From contig NC_043004.1 in assembly GCF_006345805.1 (NCBI RefSeq), positions 88,474,001 to 88,538,000 on the forward strand: a stretch of DNA of 64,000 nucleotides, written 5' to 3'. The translations under genes and the position numbers were made by a program. This DNA is from Octopus sinensis (Eukaryota). Shown piece after piece: positions 25,971-39,501 of the stretch. Position 1 is the first letter of the stretch. Each line of letters starts with the position of its first letter. The notes under the pieces are model-generated. The model had not been told where the DNA came from, did not search any database, and saw only the letters and a list, made by a program, of their open reading frames with translations.

Positions 25971-27707
25971 TGTATATATGTATGTAAGTATATATATATG
26001 TGTGTATATGCATATGTATATATATATGTATACATGTTATGTATGTATCTACGTATGTAGGTACGTATGTATATTTGTATGTATGTACGTATGTATATAT
26101 ATATATATAAACGGCTGGCTTCCATACAGACTCCATCTACCAAATTCACTTACAAGACATTGGTAATGTTAGTCGAAGATCTTTTCCCAAAGTGCCACAC
26201 AGTAGGATTGAACCCGAAATCAGAGCGAGCTTTATAACAACAGAGCCAACTAATATGAATATCATGTTCAACTTGTGTAAAACTTCTTTTGTTCTCTACT
26301 TTTGTTTTTGCATATATAGCTATATTTCTATGGAAAAAGAATATTTATTCTGTTTGTAAAACAACAGGAGGCCATGTACGAGTGTTTATAAAAGGGAAGC
26401 ACGTCGTTAATCTTTTGTATATAAAATATTTAAAGCATGTATCTCAGCATTAGAAAGAGCAGCTGCATAAGCACGTTATCTTCCCATTTGCTATCGCAAA
26501 CTGTTCTCTGACATCCCGAGAATACGGAAACGCATTTCAATATCCTGTGTTTTATGACATCAAGTCTGTATTTCAAAACACTAGGGAAGAAGACAACATG
26601 ACTAATACAAACACACACACAGACACGCATGTACACGCACACACAAATACACACCCATCCATACAGACAAATGCGCATGTACTCACACACATACGCCCTG
26701 ATATACTCAAATGCAAACACATACGCAAGCATAAAGCACGTTCGTTTGAAATACGTTACCTGTTTTAATGAGGATGCAAAAGATTATCAAATGCCCTAGC
26801 TGCTTTGGATAATATCCGTTAGGTTATTACATATAACGACACCGCATTACAGAAAATTATCAAATGTCCTAGCTTTATTTTATATAATACGGTTTGAGAT
26901 ATTACGAGATGACATTGCATTACACAAAATAGCCGAACGCCCTAGATGTTTTTAGTTAAAAATAATCGCGGACATGTTGTATTTGATTAAACGGAGGTTA
27001 AACCAAAACTTTCTCTAAAGCATTTATCTCCCATTTAGTCAATTATTACATTTTTAATCAAAAGACTTCAGGGTTGAATTAATGAAACTTGTCACTCTTA
27101 GTAAATAGTTTCGGCTTAATAAAAAGATTGACGTTAAGTTCTTAGTATCTTCAAACAGTATTTTTGGTGAGAGGGTATATAAGGCTTATTGATTCTTTTC
27201 CTATGATGTGCGTCAATCGTCACAATAAAATAAATGTTACAACCCACGGAAATTTGCGCTAATACTCTCATAAGATAAAGTGGCCTTTACTTCGCTGGTA
27301 CCTAACTGTATGTAGATTGAAGACATATTCTCCATTTTAGAATTAGTGGATACCGTAGATAAGCTTATGCGCACATATGCATCGTTTTGTATTATTGTTA
27401 TCACTTACAAATAAACTAGCACTCAGGCAGATTTATGTATGCATGAACGGAGAGATGCATGCATATACACACAAATAAACATGCATTTATCCATGCATGT
27501 ATTTACATGTTTATATATAAATATACATATAAGATATATATATATGTGTGTTTGTGTATGTATGCATTATATATGCATATGCATGTATGTGTGAGGCTTA
27601 TATATATATGTCTTCTACTATAGCCTCAGGCAGATCAAAGCCTTGTGAGTGGATTTGGTAGACGGAAGATGGAAGAAACCCATCGTATGAATATATATGT
27701 ATATGTG

Positions 27708-27764
<57 letters not shown>

Positions 27765-27770
<6 letters not shown>

Positions 27771-27945
27771 TTTATGACAAGAAGATGGGATTTCTATCTC
27801 GTCACCCTTTTCTGTAACTTATTACTGTGTTGACTGATAATCGACTCTGTAAGAGGTGAATGTTATTGCCGCACAAGTCTTTACATCCACGTCATATACA
27901 ATCCGGAGTCGATTATCAGTCAACAGATCTTCTTGTCATAAAGAG

Positions 27946-28007
<62 letters not shown>

Positions 28008-28181
28008 TTTATGACAAGAAGATGGGATTTCTATCTCGTCACCCTTTTCTGTAACTTATTACTGTGTTGACTGATAATCGACTCTGTAAGAGGTGAATGT
28101 TATTGCCGCACAAGTCTTTACATCCACGTCATATACAATCCGGAGTCGATTATCAGTCAACAGATCTTCTTGTCATAAAGA

Positions 28182-28183
<2 letters not shown>
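27765..28183. repeat. Two apparently identical tandem ~180-bp fold-back (MITE-like) units in (TA)n
   Basis: Units 27765-27946 and 28002-28183; outer IR ctttatgacaagaagat (17 bp), inner IR tgttgactgataatcgactc (20 bp). Confidence 0.85.
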
Positions 28184-28225
<42 letters not shown>

Positions 28226-28228
<3 letters not shown>

Positions 28229-28472
28229 CCAAAATACCAGAGGGTTCTTCACGGAGTAGGGGTAAATGTTTTGATGGAACAACTTAACCTCCAATGATCC
28301 AAGGTCGAATATGAACCATCACAGCAAGAAGCTCAAAACATGGTACCAATATCGAACTCCCTCCTTCAGCAAAAGCCAATACCATATGAATGGTCATTGG
28401 AAATGAGATTCCACTGGCATTGCCCCAGAATGGCCACAGCCTTTGGTTTGAAACACGTAAGAGAGTAAAAGA
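28226..28472 (+). mobile_element. 5'-truncated CR1-type LINE 3' end
   Basis: KPKYQRVLHGVGVNVLMEQLNLQ*SKVEYEPSQQEAQNMVPISNSLLQQ aligns with the C-terminus at 58638-59071; same ccagaatggccacag...tgaaac tail. Confidence 0.7.
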
Positions 28473-28486
28473 ATATAATATACATA

Positions 28487-28646
28487 GGCGCAGGTGTGGC
28501 TGTGTGGTTAGAAGCTTGCTTCCCAACCATATGGTTCCAGGTTCAGTCCCACTAAGCACCTTGAGCAAGTGTCTTCTACTCTAGCCTCGGCCCGACCAAA
28601 ACCTTGTGAGTTGATTTGGTAGACGGAAAGTGAAAGAAACACGTCG

Positions 28647-28687
<41 letters not shown>

Positions 28688-28915
28688 ACATACACACACA
28701 CACATACATATACATATATATGCGTGTAATTGTGTGTCCCAACCTTCGCTTGAAAACAGATGTTGGTATGTTTACATAAGCGCAACTTAGCGGATCGGCA
28801 AAAGAGAATGATAGAATAACTACTAGGTTTGCAAAGAATAAGTCCTGGGGACGATTTTCTCGAATTATGGCGGTGCCTTAATGACTGAAACTAGAAAAGA
28901 GTAGGAGAATAAAAG
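28487..28915 (+). mobile_element. SINE type C
   Basis: Family match. Confidence 0.8.
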
Positions 28916-29695
28916 AATATATATTACTAATATCGAGACATATGCAGGCACATTTGTATAGATGCCAAAATACACGTATGCTCAAACATGCGCAATACGC
29001 GCATGTGTGACGTTGAGCTTAAAATATTGTTTCCTAAACTCATAGTTTTCAGTTCAGACACAGTGGCATCTTAGGGACGTGTCTTCTGCTTTAGCCTCGG
29101 GCCAAACAAAGCCTTGTGAGTGAATTTGGTAGGCGGAAAGTGAAAGCCCATCGAATATATATATATATATATATAGCAATAAGAAAAAGACGGGGATCAA
29201 TAGGTGGTATTCATCAAGTTTTAGACAGTATATTATGTCTACTTGTTTTTTAAAAAGACAACTATAACAATATACATACATGTATAACATATGCTTTAGA
29301 TATATCATACATAAAATATAAAAATATCAGTAATATATTATATATATATGATGATATATGTAAAGTATAATGTGTTATTGTGTTATATATGCATATATAT
29401 TGTTATAATTATCTTTTTTAAAAATTAATAAATAGACATAATATAATGTCTAAAATTTGATGAATACCACCAATTGATCCCCTCCATTTTCTTATTGCTG
29501 TATGAATTAAGGGTAAAATAACTATTTACCCTCGCCTATTTATTACACTCGACAGTGTAATTGCCATGCAATAAAAAACACTTGTGTATTAATAATTGAG
29601 TATTCTACCAGCAGTGTATTGGATAGATATTATCCCTTAGTTGGTTGGATTCACAACCTCTAACTCTCTTGGAATTTACATACATACATATTTAC

Positions 29696-29960
29696 ATACA
29701 TACATACATACATTCGTCTACCTCTCAACTTCTGTTCTTTCAACATGTGATCTCTTGAGCACCACCAGCAAAAATATTTTTTCCTCTGTCTTCCCTTCTT
29801 GGGATCTTTCCTTCTCCTTGTTTCCGACGAAGAGCTCCGCTCGAAACGTTAAACCCTCCTTCCCTTCTTTCCTGAGCGTCAATAATACTTTAATTGTTCC
29901 ACGTCCTCGCGTTGCTGTGTTTTTTTCTCTTTTTTCTGTTTTCTTGTTTGGATTAACTTT
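29696..29960 (+). mobile_element. Penelope-like pseudo-LTR remnant with HHR-like motif at 29820-29854
   Basis: gttt-CCGACGAA-gagc(tcc)gctc-GAAAC-GT-T-aaac; same architecture as family P1 with a compensatory stem I pair. Confidence 0.55.
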
Positions 29961-30089
29961 ATATATATATATATATATATATCCTCTAACCCTCTTGGAA
30001 TATATGTATTAAGGGTATATAGCTATAAGGTTTTATTCAGGAATTCCACTATGAGTCCATTGTATCTTATCGCAGAAACAGCTGTAAGC

Positions 30090-30487
30090 TCTTCTACTCT
30101 TTTACTCTTTTACGTCTTTCAGTTATTTGACTGTGGCCATGCTGGAGCACCTTCTTTTGTCGAGCAAATCGATCCCAGGACTTATTCTTAGTAAGCCTAG
30201 CACTTATTCTATCGGTCCCTTTTGCCGAACCGCTAAGTTACAGGGACGTAAACACACCAGCATCGGTGGTCAAGCGATGTTGGGGGTGGTGGCAAACACA
30301 GACACACAAACATATACACACACATACACCCATATATATACATATATACGACGGCCTCTTCTCAGTTTCCGTCTCCCAAATCCACTCAAAAGTAGAAGAC
30401 ATTTGCCCAAGATGCCATGCAGTGGGACTGAACCCGGAACCATGTGGTTGGTAAGCAAGCTTCATACTACACAGCCACTCCTACGCC
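30090..30487 (-). mobile_element. SINE type C
   Basis: Family match. Confidence 0.85.
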
Positions 30488-30942
30488 TATAATGAATGTC
30501 ATAAGAAAATCGTTTATTGCTTTGTCATCTCCTTTTATATATATATATGTGTGTGTCCATGCGCGCACCCCTCCTCCCACACATAGACAGGTAGGTAACT
30601 ATGTGCCCGTGAGCATTGAAGTGTGTATTTCTAGATGTGTGTTGTCTTGCTTTCACACTCCCCGATAGATAGATATAAACAAGTGTTACTGCCATAAATG
30701 CGGTGTCATTCTCTTCCATTTTTCCGTGTTGGCGATAGGAACGGCACCCGACCCTAGAAAATCTGTTTCAGGGAAATTCCATACAACCACAGAAAAGAAA
30801 GCGTTGAAACTATGATAATGATGAAACAATGATAATCTGTGTGCGTATGTAGAAGACTGTTTGTGTATGTGTTTGTATGTGTGTAGGTATCTCTAGACTG
30901 AACTGTGGCAGAATGAAATTTGGGCTTATTCGATGGTATTCA

Positions 30943-31115
30943 AGACAGTGTCTCTCGAATAAATATTCTTCATAGTAAATGTCAGTTAACACAAGAAGTA
31001 AAATAAGACACTGGCCCACATAGCGTCTGCTCAGATTGAAGCCAAAAACACGTGATTCCTAAGCGCTTTACTTCACATAATAACACACACACATATAACT
31101 TTTTATATGTACGTA
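30943..31115. repeat. Unclassified ~180-bp interspersed repeat (second copy at 34594-34782)
   Basis: cagtgtctctcgaata...aagacactggcccacatagcgtctg...ataactttttatatgtacgtaa occurs twice. Confidence 0.75.
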
Positions 31116-31230
31116 AATACACACACTCGCTCAGACATATACATGTAGTGGTGCAAGTAAGATAGGATATACATATATATACATATGCATAAATACATAT
31201 GTATACATGTGTATAAGTTTATAGAGAGAC

Positions 31231-31304
<74 letters not shown>

Positions 31305-31486
31305 ATAGATAGAGTAAAGAAACCCGCACCACAACCACAAAGTTAGGACTTTGCAGAGTCTAATGCATTTATTATAACAGATGAAATTGATTACTTAGCG
31401 GAGTTTCGTCTCACGAGTTTTCTCGCAAGACGGATCTTACATAAGTAATCAATTTACTTACCTCTATGTATTTGTGTGTGTGTACG

Positions 31487-31548
<62 letters not shown>

Positions 31549-31571
31549 CATATATATAAACATATATATAT

Positions 31572-31614
<43 letters not shown>

Positions 31615-31802
31615 TATATATACATATATATATGAATATATATATATATATATGTGAGTGTGTATGTGTGAGTATGTGTGAAAATATCTGCTTATATGTT
31701 TATATTCCTATGTACATGCATCTATTTGTGTTTACGTACGCATATATGTATGTGTCATCGTGATTATGTGTGCCTGTCGGCGTATACACGAGTTAATGCA
31801 TA

Positions 31803-31833
<31 letters not shown>

Positions 31834-32029
31834 GTATATTTATATATATATATATATATACTTATATATACATATATGTATACATATATATATATATATT
31901 TTTTTTATACATTTATATTAAATGAATAAATGAATATTTTCAAAGAGGAAGAATTTACGGATTCTTTCTCTTACGAGGTTTTTCACGCTGACTACTGATA
32001 ATTTCTTTTAAAGATTTTATCCTCAATTG

Positions 32030-32100
<71 letters not shown>

Positions 32101-32103
<3 letters not shown>

Positions 32104-32240
32104 AGAGTTTACGAAAAAAACAAAAGACGAAGACAGGGTGTACAAAACAAACAGATGTATTAGTATAACGCTCTGCAACAGAAATAGTCTTTTACGCTTC
32201 GAGCCTACGCTCTTCCACAGAAAGGGACACAGAAAAAACG
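32101..32240 (-). mobile_element. Penelope-like family P1 remnant
   Basis: Matches 418-620; HHR-like motif 32189-32224 is mutated (GAAG instead of GAAA). Confidence 0.6.
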
Positions 32241-33837
32241 CACACTCACACACAGAGACACAAACACATACACAAAGACACACGCACATTCAGAGAAATT
32301 GACTGTTTCTGGAGGCGATATAGATACATATTTTCGTAGATTCTTAAGTTCTTCAGTCGAACTGGCTTCATCGTGTATTGGGACATAAAGCAATTTAATC
32401 GAGATAGTTATATTAGCAACTCAAACACTCGTATCTTATACCATATTCTTATTTTGCTATAACAATATGTTTGTGTTAGAGTGGAGGGGTGTTTTGTTAT
32501 CTATAAATTATTTGATTTCATTTTATATCTATGTCCTGGTCATTTATTTTATATTTTATTCACTCTTTTAAAGTCAGTTGTTAACCAGATATTAGAAGGT
32601 GTGATGTGGGTGTATTTTGATTTTTTTTTTCCTGTTGTCTTCACAGTTTTTTGAAATCTCTGTCTTGGGATAATTTCTTTCTTTCCCCACCTCATCCATT
32701 CCTCTTTGCTTATCTATTTCCTTGTGATCTTTTATTAACTTACAGCAGAATATGAATTTTCTTTCATCTATAAGATATACACAAATGGGTGTGGATAGGC
32801 AGAGTGGCTCAGAGAGAGAAAGAGAGTTTGTGTGTGTGTTTTATTGAGATCGCCACAGAGATATTCACATAGAAAAATAGATAGAGCGATATACTCTGAG
32901 ATTGAGAGATAAATACAATGTTAAGTCGATAGATATATGTTGGAAGTTATTGTTTAGATAGATATTGCACGAACATTAACGGAAGATAACGTTCAGTGAA
33001 TAAAAAAGGGACGAATTCGAGAATAAGATTCGAAATATTTTATGAGACAAAATTACAGAGCAATGGTGATTTCAACTTTCGTCAGCAAGGTGTTATCAGA
33101 GTATAATGATATTACGAGATGTTAAGGGATGAGAGATATCACTGAAAAAAATAACTATTGATTCAGGTAAAGATTACGAGTCCGGAGAAAACTTTTGGAT
33201 GCCCTAACATTAGACAAAGAAGATAACTAGGATTATCTTTCATACTGCACTTTTTAAAAGCTTGATTTGGTCAGTGGACTGCGAACGTCAGTGGTTTTAG
33301 TCGACCGAATCAAACCTACTTGATACTTTTTAAAAGCCTGGTACTTATTCTATTGATCGCTTTTGTCGAACCGCTAGCTAACGGGGACGTAAACAAACCA
33401 GCACCGGTTGTCAATCGGTTCGTGGGAGACAAATACAAGCGCAAACACAGATACATACATATGTGGATATGAGTATGCGTATACATGCATACATACATAC
33501 ATACATACATACATACATACATACATACATAAGTATATATACATGCACACATATATGTGTGTGTGTGTGTGTGTTGACTACATATAGTCAAGAGATGTGA
33601 TCCAGAGAATCTCAGTGTTCAAATTATTCAAACCTAGACTCCAATGTCGTTACGGGGGATCAATTCAATGGGGGTAAATTGTGACTATAAGAGGAATCAA
33701 GGTGAGCAGATATGAAGACAATTATGCGGATAAACAAATTAAATACAAGAGCTTGGCTTTGTCGTTTGTACTCTATGAGGGCTTTTTTTTCTAGTTTCAG
33801 CTCAGAACTACGACCATACTGATGCACCGCCGTTTAA

Positions 33838-34099
33838 AATGAATGCACCCTTTTTAAAGCCCAGCCAGGCTCATGAGCTCGGTTTCCCGGTTTCCCGGTT
33901 TCTATGGCGTATGTGTTCCCCATCTGGACGGGACGCCAGTCCATCGCAGCGTTACTCATTTTTGCCAGCTGAGTCGACTGGAGCGACTTGAAATGAAGTG
34001 TTTTGCTCAAGAACACAACGCATTGCCCGGTCCAGGAATCGAAACCACAATCTTACGATCATGGTGATGACACCCTAATCACTAAGCCAAGCGCCTCCA
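33838..34099 (-). mobile_element. SINE type D
   Basis: Reverse complement of 22704-22955. Confidence 0.85.
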
Positions 34100-34127
34100 C
34101 TATATCTATTGATATATTATGGAAAAC

Positions 34128-34392
34128 GACGTATGAGCGTTCAGCTTTTGCTGAACGACCTGCACAAATGATTTGTTTATAATGATTACATATGTATGCT
34201 GCACGTTAGCTGCCTCTCGCCATCAAATCGACATTCCCTTAACAGGTACACGGTGTTCCACGCGTCAGGGTTTGAAATAATCGCAGAGCGACGTGAGATA
34301 AAGTGCTTAGCTCATGAACACAACGCACCACCCGATCTAGGAATTGAAACCGCGATCTCGCGATCGTGAGTGCAATACCTTAGCCACTAAGT
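34128..34392 (-). mobile_element. SINE type E-like, diverged
   Basis: Minus-strand head cttagtggctaagg...gtttcaattcc and a ttgtgttcatgagc segment. Confidence 0.6.
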
Positions 34393-34497
34393 ACATATGT
34401 GGTGTACCATGTACCCTACATATATTTGTCTATATATTTATACTGAAATTCTTCAGTCTTTGCTTTCTCTTTGTTTGCCTGTATACGCACATACATA

Positions 34498-34561
<64 letters not shown>

Positions 34562-34729
34562 AATACATATACATACAGGCATACATAAATAAATACAGTG
34601 TCTCTCGAATAGATATTCCACATAGTAAAAGTCAGTTAACACAAGAAATAAAATAAGACACTGGCCCACATAGCGTCTGGTCAGATTGAGCCAGAAACAT
34701 GTGATTCCTAAGCGCTTCACTTCACATAA

Positions 34730-34762
<33 letters not shown>

Positions 34763-35142
34763 TAACTTTTTATATGTACGTAATAAACACGTTGTACCGA
34801 GATGCATTTCGAAAAAGCCCGCCTGTTACATAGATGTATAAAGGTTGAACATTTCTATATGCTACGCTGGATACATTTGGTGATCATCTGTTATGTTGAT
34901 TTTTCTTCATTCGTTATAATCTTGAATTATGCTCGCATTGACGATTAAAATGTGCATTTCTGAACTAATTATGAAATCATATGATTTGCAGCTGAATTCT
35001 ATTTTTAAAAGGGTCGCTTCGAGAGTTGCATTCCCTCGCATTCGATACGATGTTTTTATTTATTTTGGTAGTTTTGACTTTAAGAGTCCCTTCTAGCGTG
35101 TGGCATTTATGTATAGTAATGCCCTCTATATAATATACATAT

Positions 35143-35205
<63 letters not shown>

Positions 35206-35243
35206 ATAGATAAGAAAGTTTGTTTGGTAAAGCACGTGGGTGA

Positions 35244-35973
35244 ATATATAAGAAAATAGTAAAGAGTGAAAAACGACAGAAGGCTTAAATGTTAAAAAAT
35301 ATATATATTTGTGTCAAAATGTCTGGAGAATATTGGAAAAATTTTTTTCCTTTCCTTAAAATGACATAATTTTAAAATTTTTTAAGAAATTACCGGTTTC
35401 GCGTGTAGCTTTTCAAATTTCTTGTAACGTTATGTTTATATTGCATGGAGTTATCGTTGTGTTTATTTTCAGGAGATTTCTAAATAAGGGGAGGTAGTGA
35501 GTGATTTCTTCCGGTGTAATGGAGATAATCGCTTAAAAATTTTTTTCCCCTTTCCCTTGTTAATTTCTCTGTGTCAGTATGTTCGGATGGTTGAGTCTGG
35601 GTTTGTACTGAAAAGTACAAACCCAGACTCAACCATCCGAACATACTGACACAGAGAAATTAACAAGGGAAAGGGGAAAAAAATTTTTAAGCGATTATCT
35701 CCCTTACACCGGAAGAAATCACTCACTACCTCCCCTTATTTAGAAATCTCCTGAAAATAAACACAACGATAACTCCATGCAATATAAACATAACGTCACA
35801 AGAAATTTGAAAAGCTACACGCGAAACCGGTAATTTCTTTAAAAATTTTAAAATTATGTCATTTTAAGGAAAGGAAAAAAATTTTTCCAATATTCTCCAG
35901 ACATTTTGACACAAATATATATATTTTTTAACATTTAAGCCTTCTGTCGTTTTTTCACTCTTTACTATTTTCT

Positions 35974-35980
<7 letters not shown>
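35244..35980. repeat. ~735-bp near-perfect palindrome (two ~365-bp arms, 4-nt GAAA spacer) of a Penelope-like sequence
   Basis: Centre gtttgtact-GAAA-agtacaaac at 35601-35622; I count about 4 differences between the arms; each arm carries an HHR-like fold. Confidence 0.92.
35800..35839 (+). ncRNA. Minimal type-I hammerhead, U3-A8 core variant (mirror copy at 35384-35423, minus strand)
   Basis: aagaaat-TTGAAAA-gc(tacac)gc-GAAAC-CG-GT-A-atttctt; 7-bp stem I, palindromic ACCGGU stem III, GUA triplet. Confidence 0.62.
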
Positions 35981-36008
<28 letters not shown>

Positions 36009-36502
36009 GTAAGTGTGAATACATATGTGTGTATGTGTGTGTTGTGCTTATGCATATATGCATATGTAAATCTCTCTCTTTATCTATCTACCTATTTCTC
36101 TCTCTCTCCACACTCACAGATACATACACAGATACCATTGGGCATACTACATTATGAAAAAATAAGCAGAAAAACGTATCACAGCATATAAAATATTTCC
36201 CGATTTAAAGAACGATCAATGGGTTATATTTAGATATTCCACCGAGACAGACATCAATCAGCAGACAATACGCCCAGTTGACCACGTGGTAACATATTGT
36301 TTCTCATTGGCTGATGCATCTTTTTTAATTTCACATCACTACTAATTAAAAAGGTAATCAGCATCAGCAATAATAATTCATGAAAAATAGCCCACTATTA
36401 CGATGGTAATAATTAATCAAAAGCGATACGTTTATATGATATTCTCTTTTCTTGTTACATTGAATCAATTCCTGTGTGTTACTGGTACGTATTGAAATAT
36501 AT

Positions 36503-36807
36503 CACGTGATCACGTGACCGACCAGACCATCAGATATTGCTACACATCGCTGATCACAATGCGTTCGCATTGTTTTTGGCCTTCGAATGACGCCACCCCG
36601 CTGGCTAAGCGAGCAGGCCATCAGAAGAAAGAGTGAGAGAAAGAGTGGTGAAAGAGTACAGCAGGGATCACCCCGCCCCTGCCGGAGCCTCGTGGAGCTT
36701 TTAGGTGTTTTCGCTCAATAAACACACACAACGCCCGGTCTGGGAATCGAAACCGCGATCCTACGACCGCGAGTCCGCTGCCCTAACCACTGGGCCATTG
36801 CGCCTCC
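36503..36807 (-). mobile_element. tRNA-derived SINE, type F (head ggaggcgcaatggcccagtggttagggc)
   Basis: Clear tRNA-like head with gtttcgattccc B box, followed by a unique body. Confidence 0.85.
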
Positions 36808-36812
36808 ACACA

Positions 36813-36893
<81 letters not shown>

Positions 36894-37391
36894 AGGAAGT
36901 TTTGATTGGAGCACCATGTATTATCAATAACAGTTTGATTGGGTTCCATTTCATTTGACTCAAAATTTCGTGGATGCGTAGGACACGTCTGTCTCATCGG
37001 TTACTTGTACCAGCCTCCTTCTTACCTCTGATGAAATAGTCGTTTCCCTATGCGCACACGAATCTTAAAGTTATGTGGAGTTGTATAAAAAAAAAAAACT
37101 CCCATACACAACATGGACTAAAATCTTCTTAAGAAAATACGAAATTACAATAATTTCAATGTCATAATTTGCGAAAGCGAAACCGGTCGACAAACACAAT
37201 ACTCTTCCACTTAAAAAATATGTTAAAAAATACATTAAAACTATGTAATCTGCGTGCATTTTCCTTTTTATATTTAATTTAATTTCATTTTATAAGTTTC
37301 ATTTTATATAAATATTTTTTTGCATTACATCTCTCAACGTGGGCATAATTGAAATTCTCCTCCTCCCTTTTTCTTGCTGTGTGTGTGTGTG

Positions 37392-37422
<31 letters not shown>

Positions 37423-37680
37423 GGGTGGGGGGTGATCAGAAAATGGAGAAAACTTGATTTACAATCAACTGATGTGGTTCGAAAGTTTTCTCCATTTTCT
37501 CAGTATTTAGATTTGATTCCGGACTCACTTTTGTTTATTCTGTTGTTACCTGTTCCCTATGAGCATAGTGTGCCTGCATACCCATGCCCAGGGATACCGA
37601 CAGTAAATACGCATGCTATTATCTCTTAGTCGCTTACTAGAACCGCTGACTCTGCTTACCTTTATATATATATATATATT

Positions 37681-37722
<42 letters not shown>

Positions 37723-37779
37723 CGTGTGTGTATTCATATATATATTATATATATATATATAATATATATATATATATAT

Positions 37780-37799
37780 AGATAGATAGATAGATAGAT

Positions 37800-37863
<64 letters not shown>

Positions 37864-37864
37864 C

Positions 37865-37939
<75 letters not shown>

Positions 37940-37950
37940 TAGATAGATAA
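37780..37950. repeat. (GATA)n microsatellite
   Basis: Directly visible; similar tracts at 31232-31310, 39420-39508 and 44515-44720. Confidence 0.97.
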
Positions 37951-39419
37951 CATGAGAGAGAGAGGAGGAGAGACTTAGTAGTAAAGAAGACCTGGATGAG
38001 TTGAAAGAAATGTTGTAGCGATAAAATTATGGTTGATGTATAAGAAAATAAAACGAGTTTTGCAAATAAATTTTATAAAAGCCGGAGCGTAACAGGAATA
38101 CCGATATGAGTGGGTGCATCAACTTTTCACCTCGACTTCTGTTGAGTCCAATGAAATACTAACAAAAAACAAAGCTGGTCTGCGACTTTTCCCATTTCCT
38201 CTGATAAATTCTGCAAATATTTTCTGCACAAGTACACTAACAGTCATACTTAGATCACTGAAAACTATTGATAACTTAGTTTATTATTGTATTATTTGTG
38301 TGTAAAAACGCAATTGTCAATTTAAACATGACTGATTGCCGTTCAACAATGGCCGAACTCGTTCATTCAAGTGGATCTGTTATACATTATTAATGAAACT
38401 TTTATATATTAAATGCCTATTTTCTGAAATGATAATAAAGGAAATATTTGTTAAATTTATGAATGTAAGTAGAAATTATTTTGAAAATTAGTGAAAATCA
38501 GAAGTATTATAAAACGAAAATAACAGTTTAAACTTTTTATACATCAATATTTCGAGGTTAAAATACCTTTATCATGATGGCATTTAGCATGTTTAGCTGA
38601 TGGTTTTAGCACATATATGTAGGGTGAACGACTGCATATGCAGAAGGTATGTTTATTGTAAATAGGATTGCTTGCCATAGCAACATTCAGACAAGCAGGA
38701 ATATCATGTACTCTCTCTTATATCCCGTATAAATCTCTATTCTTACATTTGAAGAAAACATTAGTAATTGCGATAAATCAGTCACTGGAAGAAATAAAAT
38801 GTTATTTGGATTTTGGAAGGTAGGATTGTTTCCATTTACTTATGTTTAAAAACGAAGCAAAAATGTTTAGCAAAAATATCTTGTCAGATCTAGATAGAAG
38901 ACATGTTGTATATAAATTTCAAAATGGCTTCTGTAATAAAAGAGGTAAGTATAGATCGTCGATTTTGACATAAACAAAGCAATCTATGTCGTAAAATTAT
39001 TTTAAATTTCTCCCCATTAGTGCGTTTATGGCGTTGTTGCGAATTTTTTACGGTAAATTAGGACCAGAATGAGGAAACCTCATCGATAAAATGGACACAT
39101 TTTTACACACCGATTTCTCTAAATGCTTTCACTTGAATAATCCGAGCATGGGGATAGCAAATGTCTTTTATACATCTCTCATTTCTCCACGTAAGTATTT
39201 CTTTTTTTTTTTCATTCTCTCCCTTGCTTTCTCTCTCATATATATGCGTGTATGTGAATGTCTGTGTGTTTGTGCTCGAGCGTGTTTGTATGTGCACGTG
39301 GGTGTTTGTATGTGTATTGAGCTCAAAATGTAACCAATTTACAGACAGAAACAAGCACACATGCACTTATTCATGAAAAGAAACACACACACACACGTAT
39401 GTCTAGCTAGCTAGTTACT

Positions 39420-39501
<82 letters not shown>

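Noticed and set aside
30040-30092. Hammerhead ending GAAACAGCTGTAAG
   Set aside because: No CUGANGA-like core or stem I partner was found upstream.
36740-36807. Functional tRNA genes in SINE heads (also 22704, 39829, 45618)
   Set aside because: The heads have A/B boxes but no complete acceptor stem and run directly into SINE bodies.
37440-37495. 15-bp inverted repeat enclosing CTGATGTGGTTCGAAAG as a hammerhead
   Set aside because: There is no room for a proper stem II, and the NUH/stem I arrangement does not fit.
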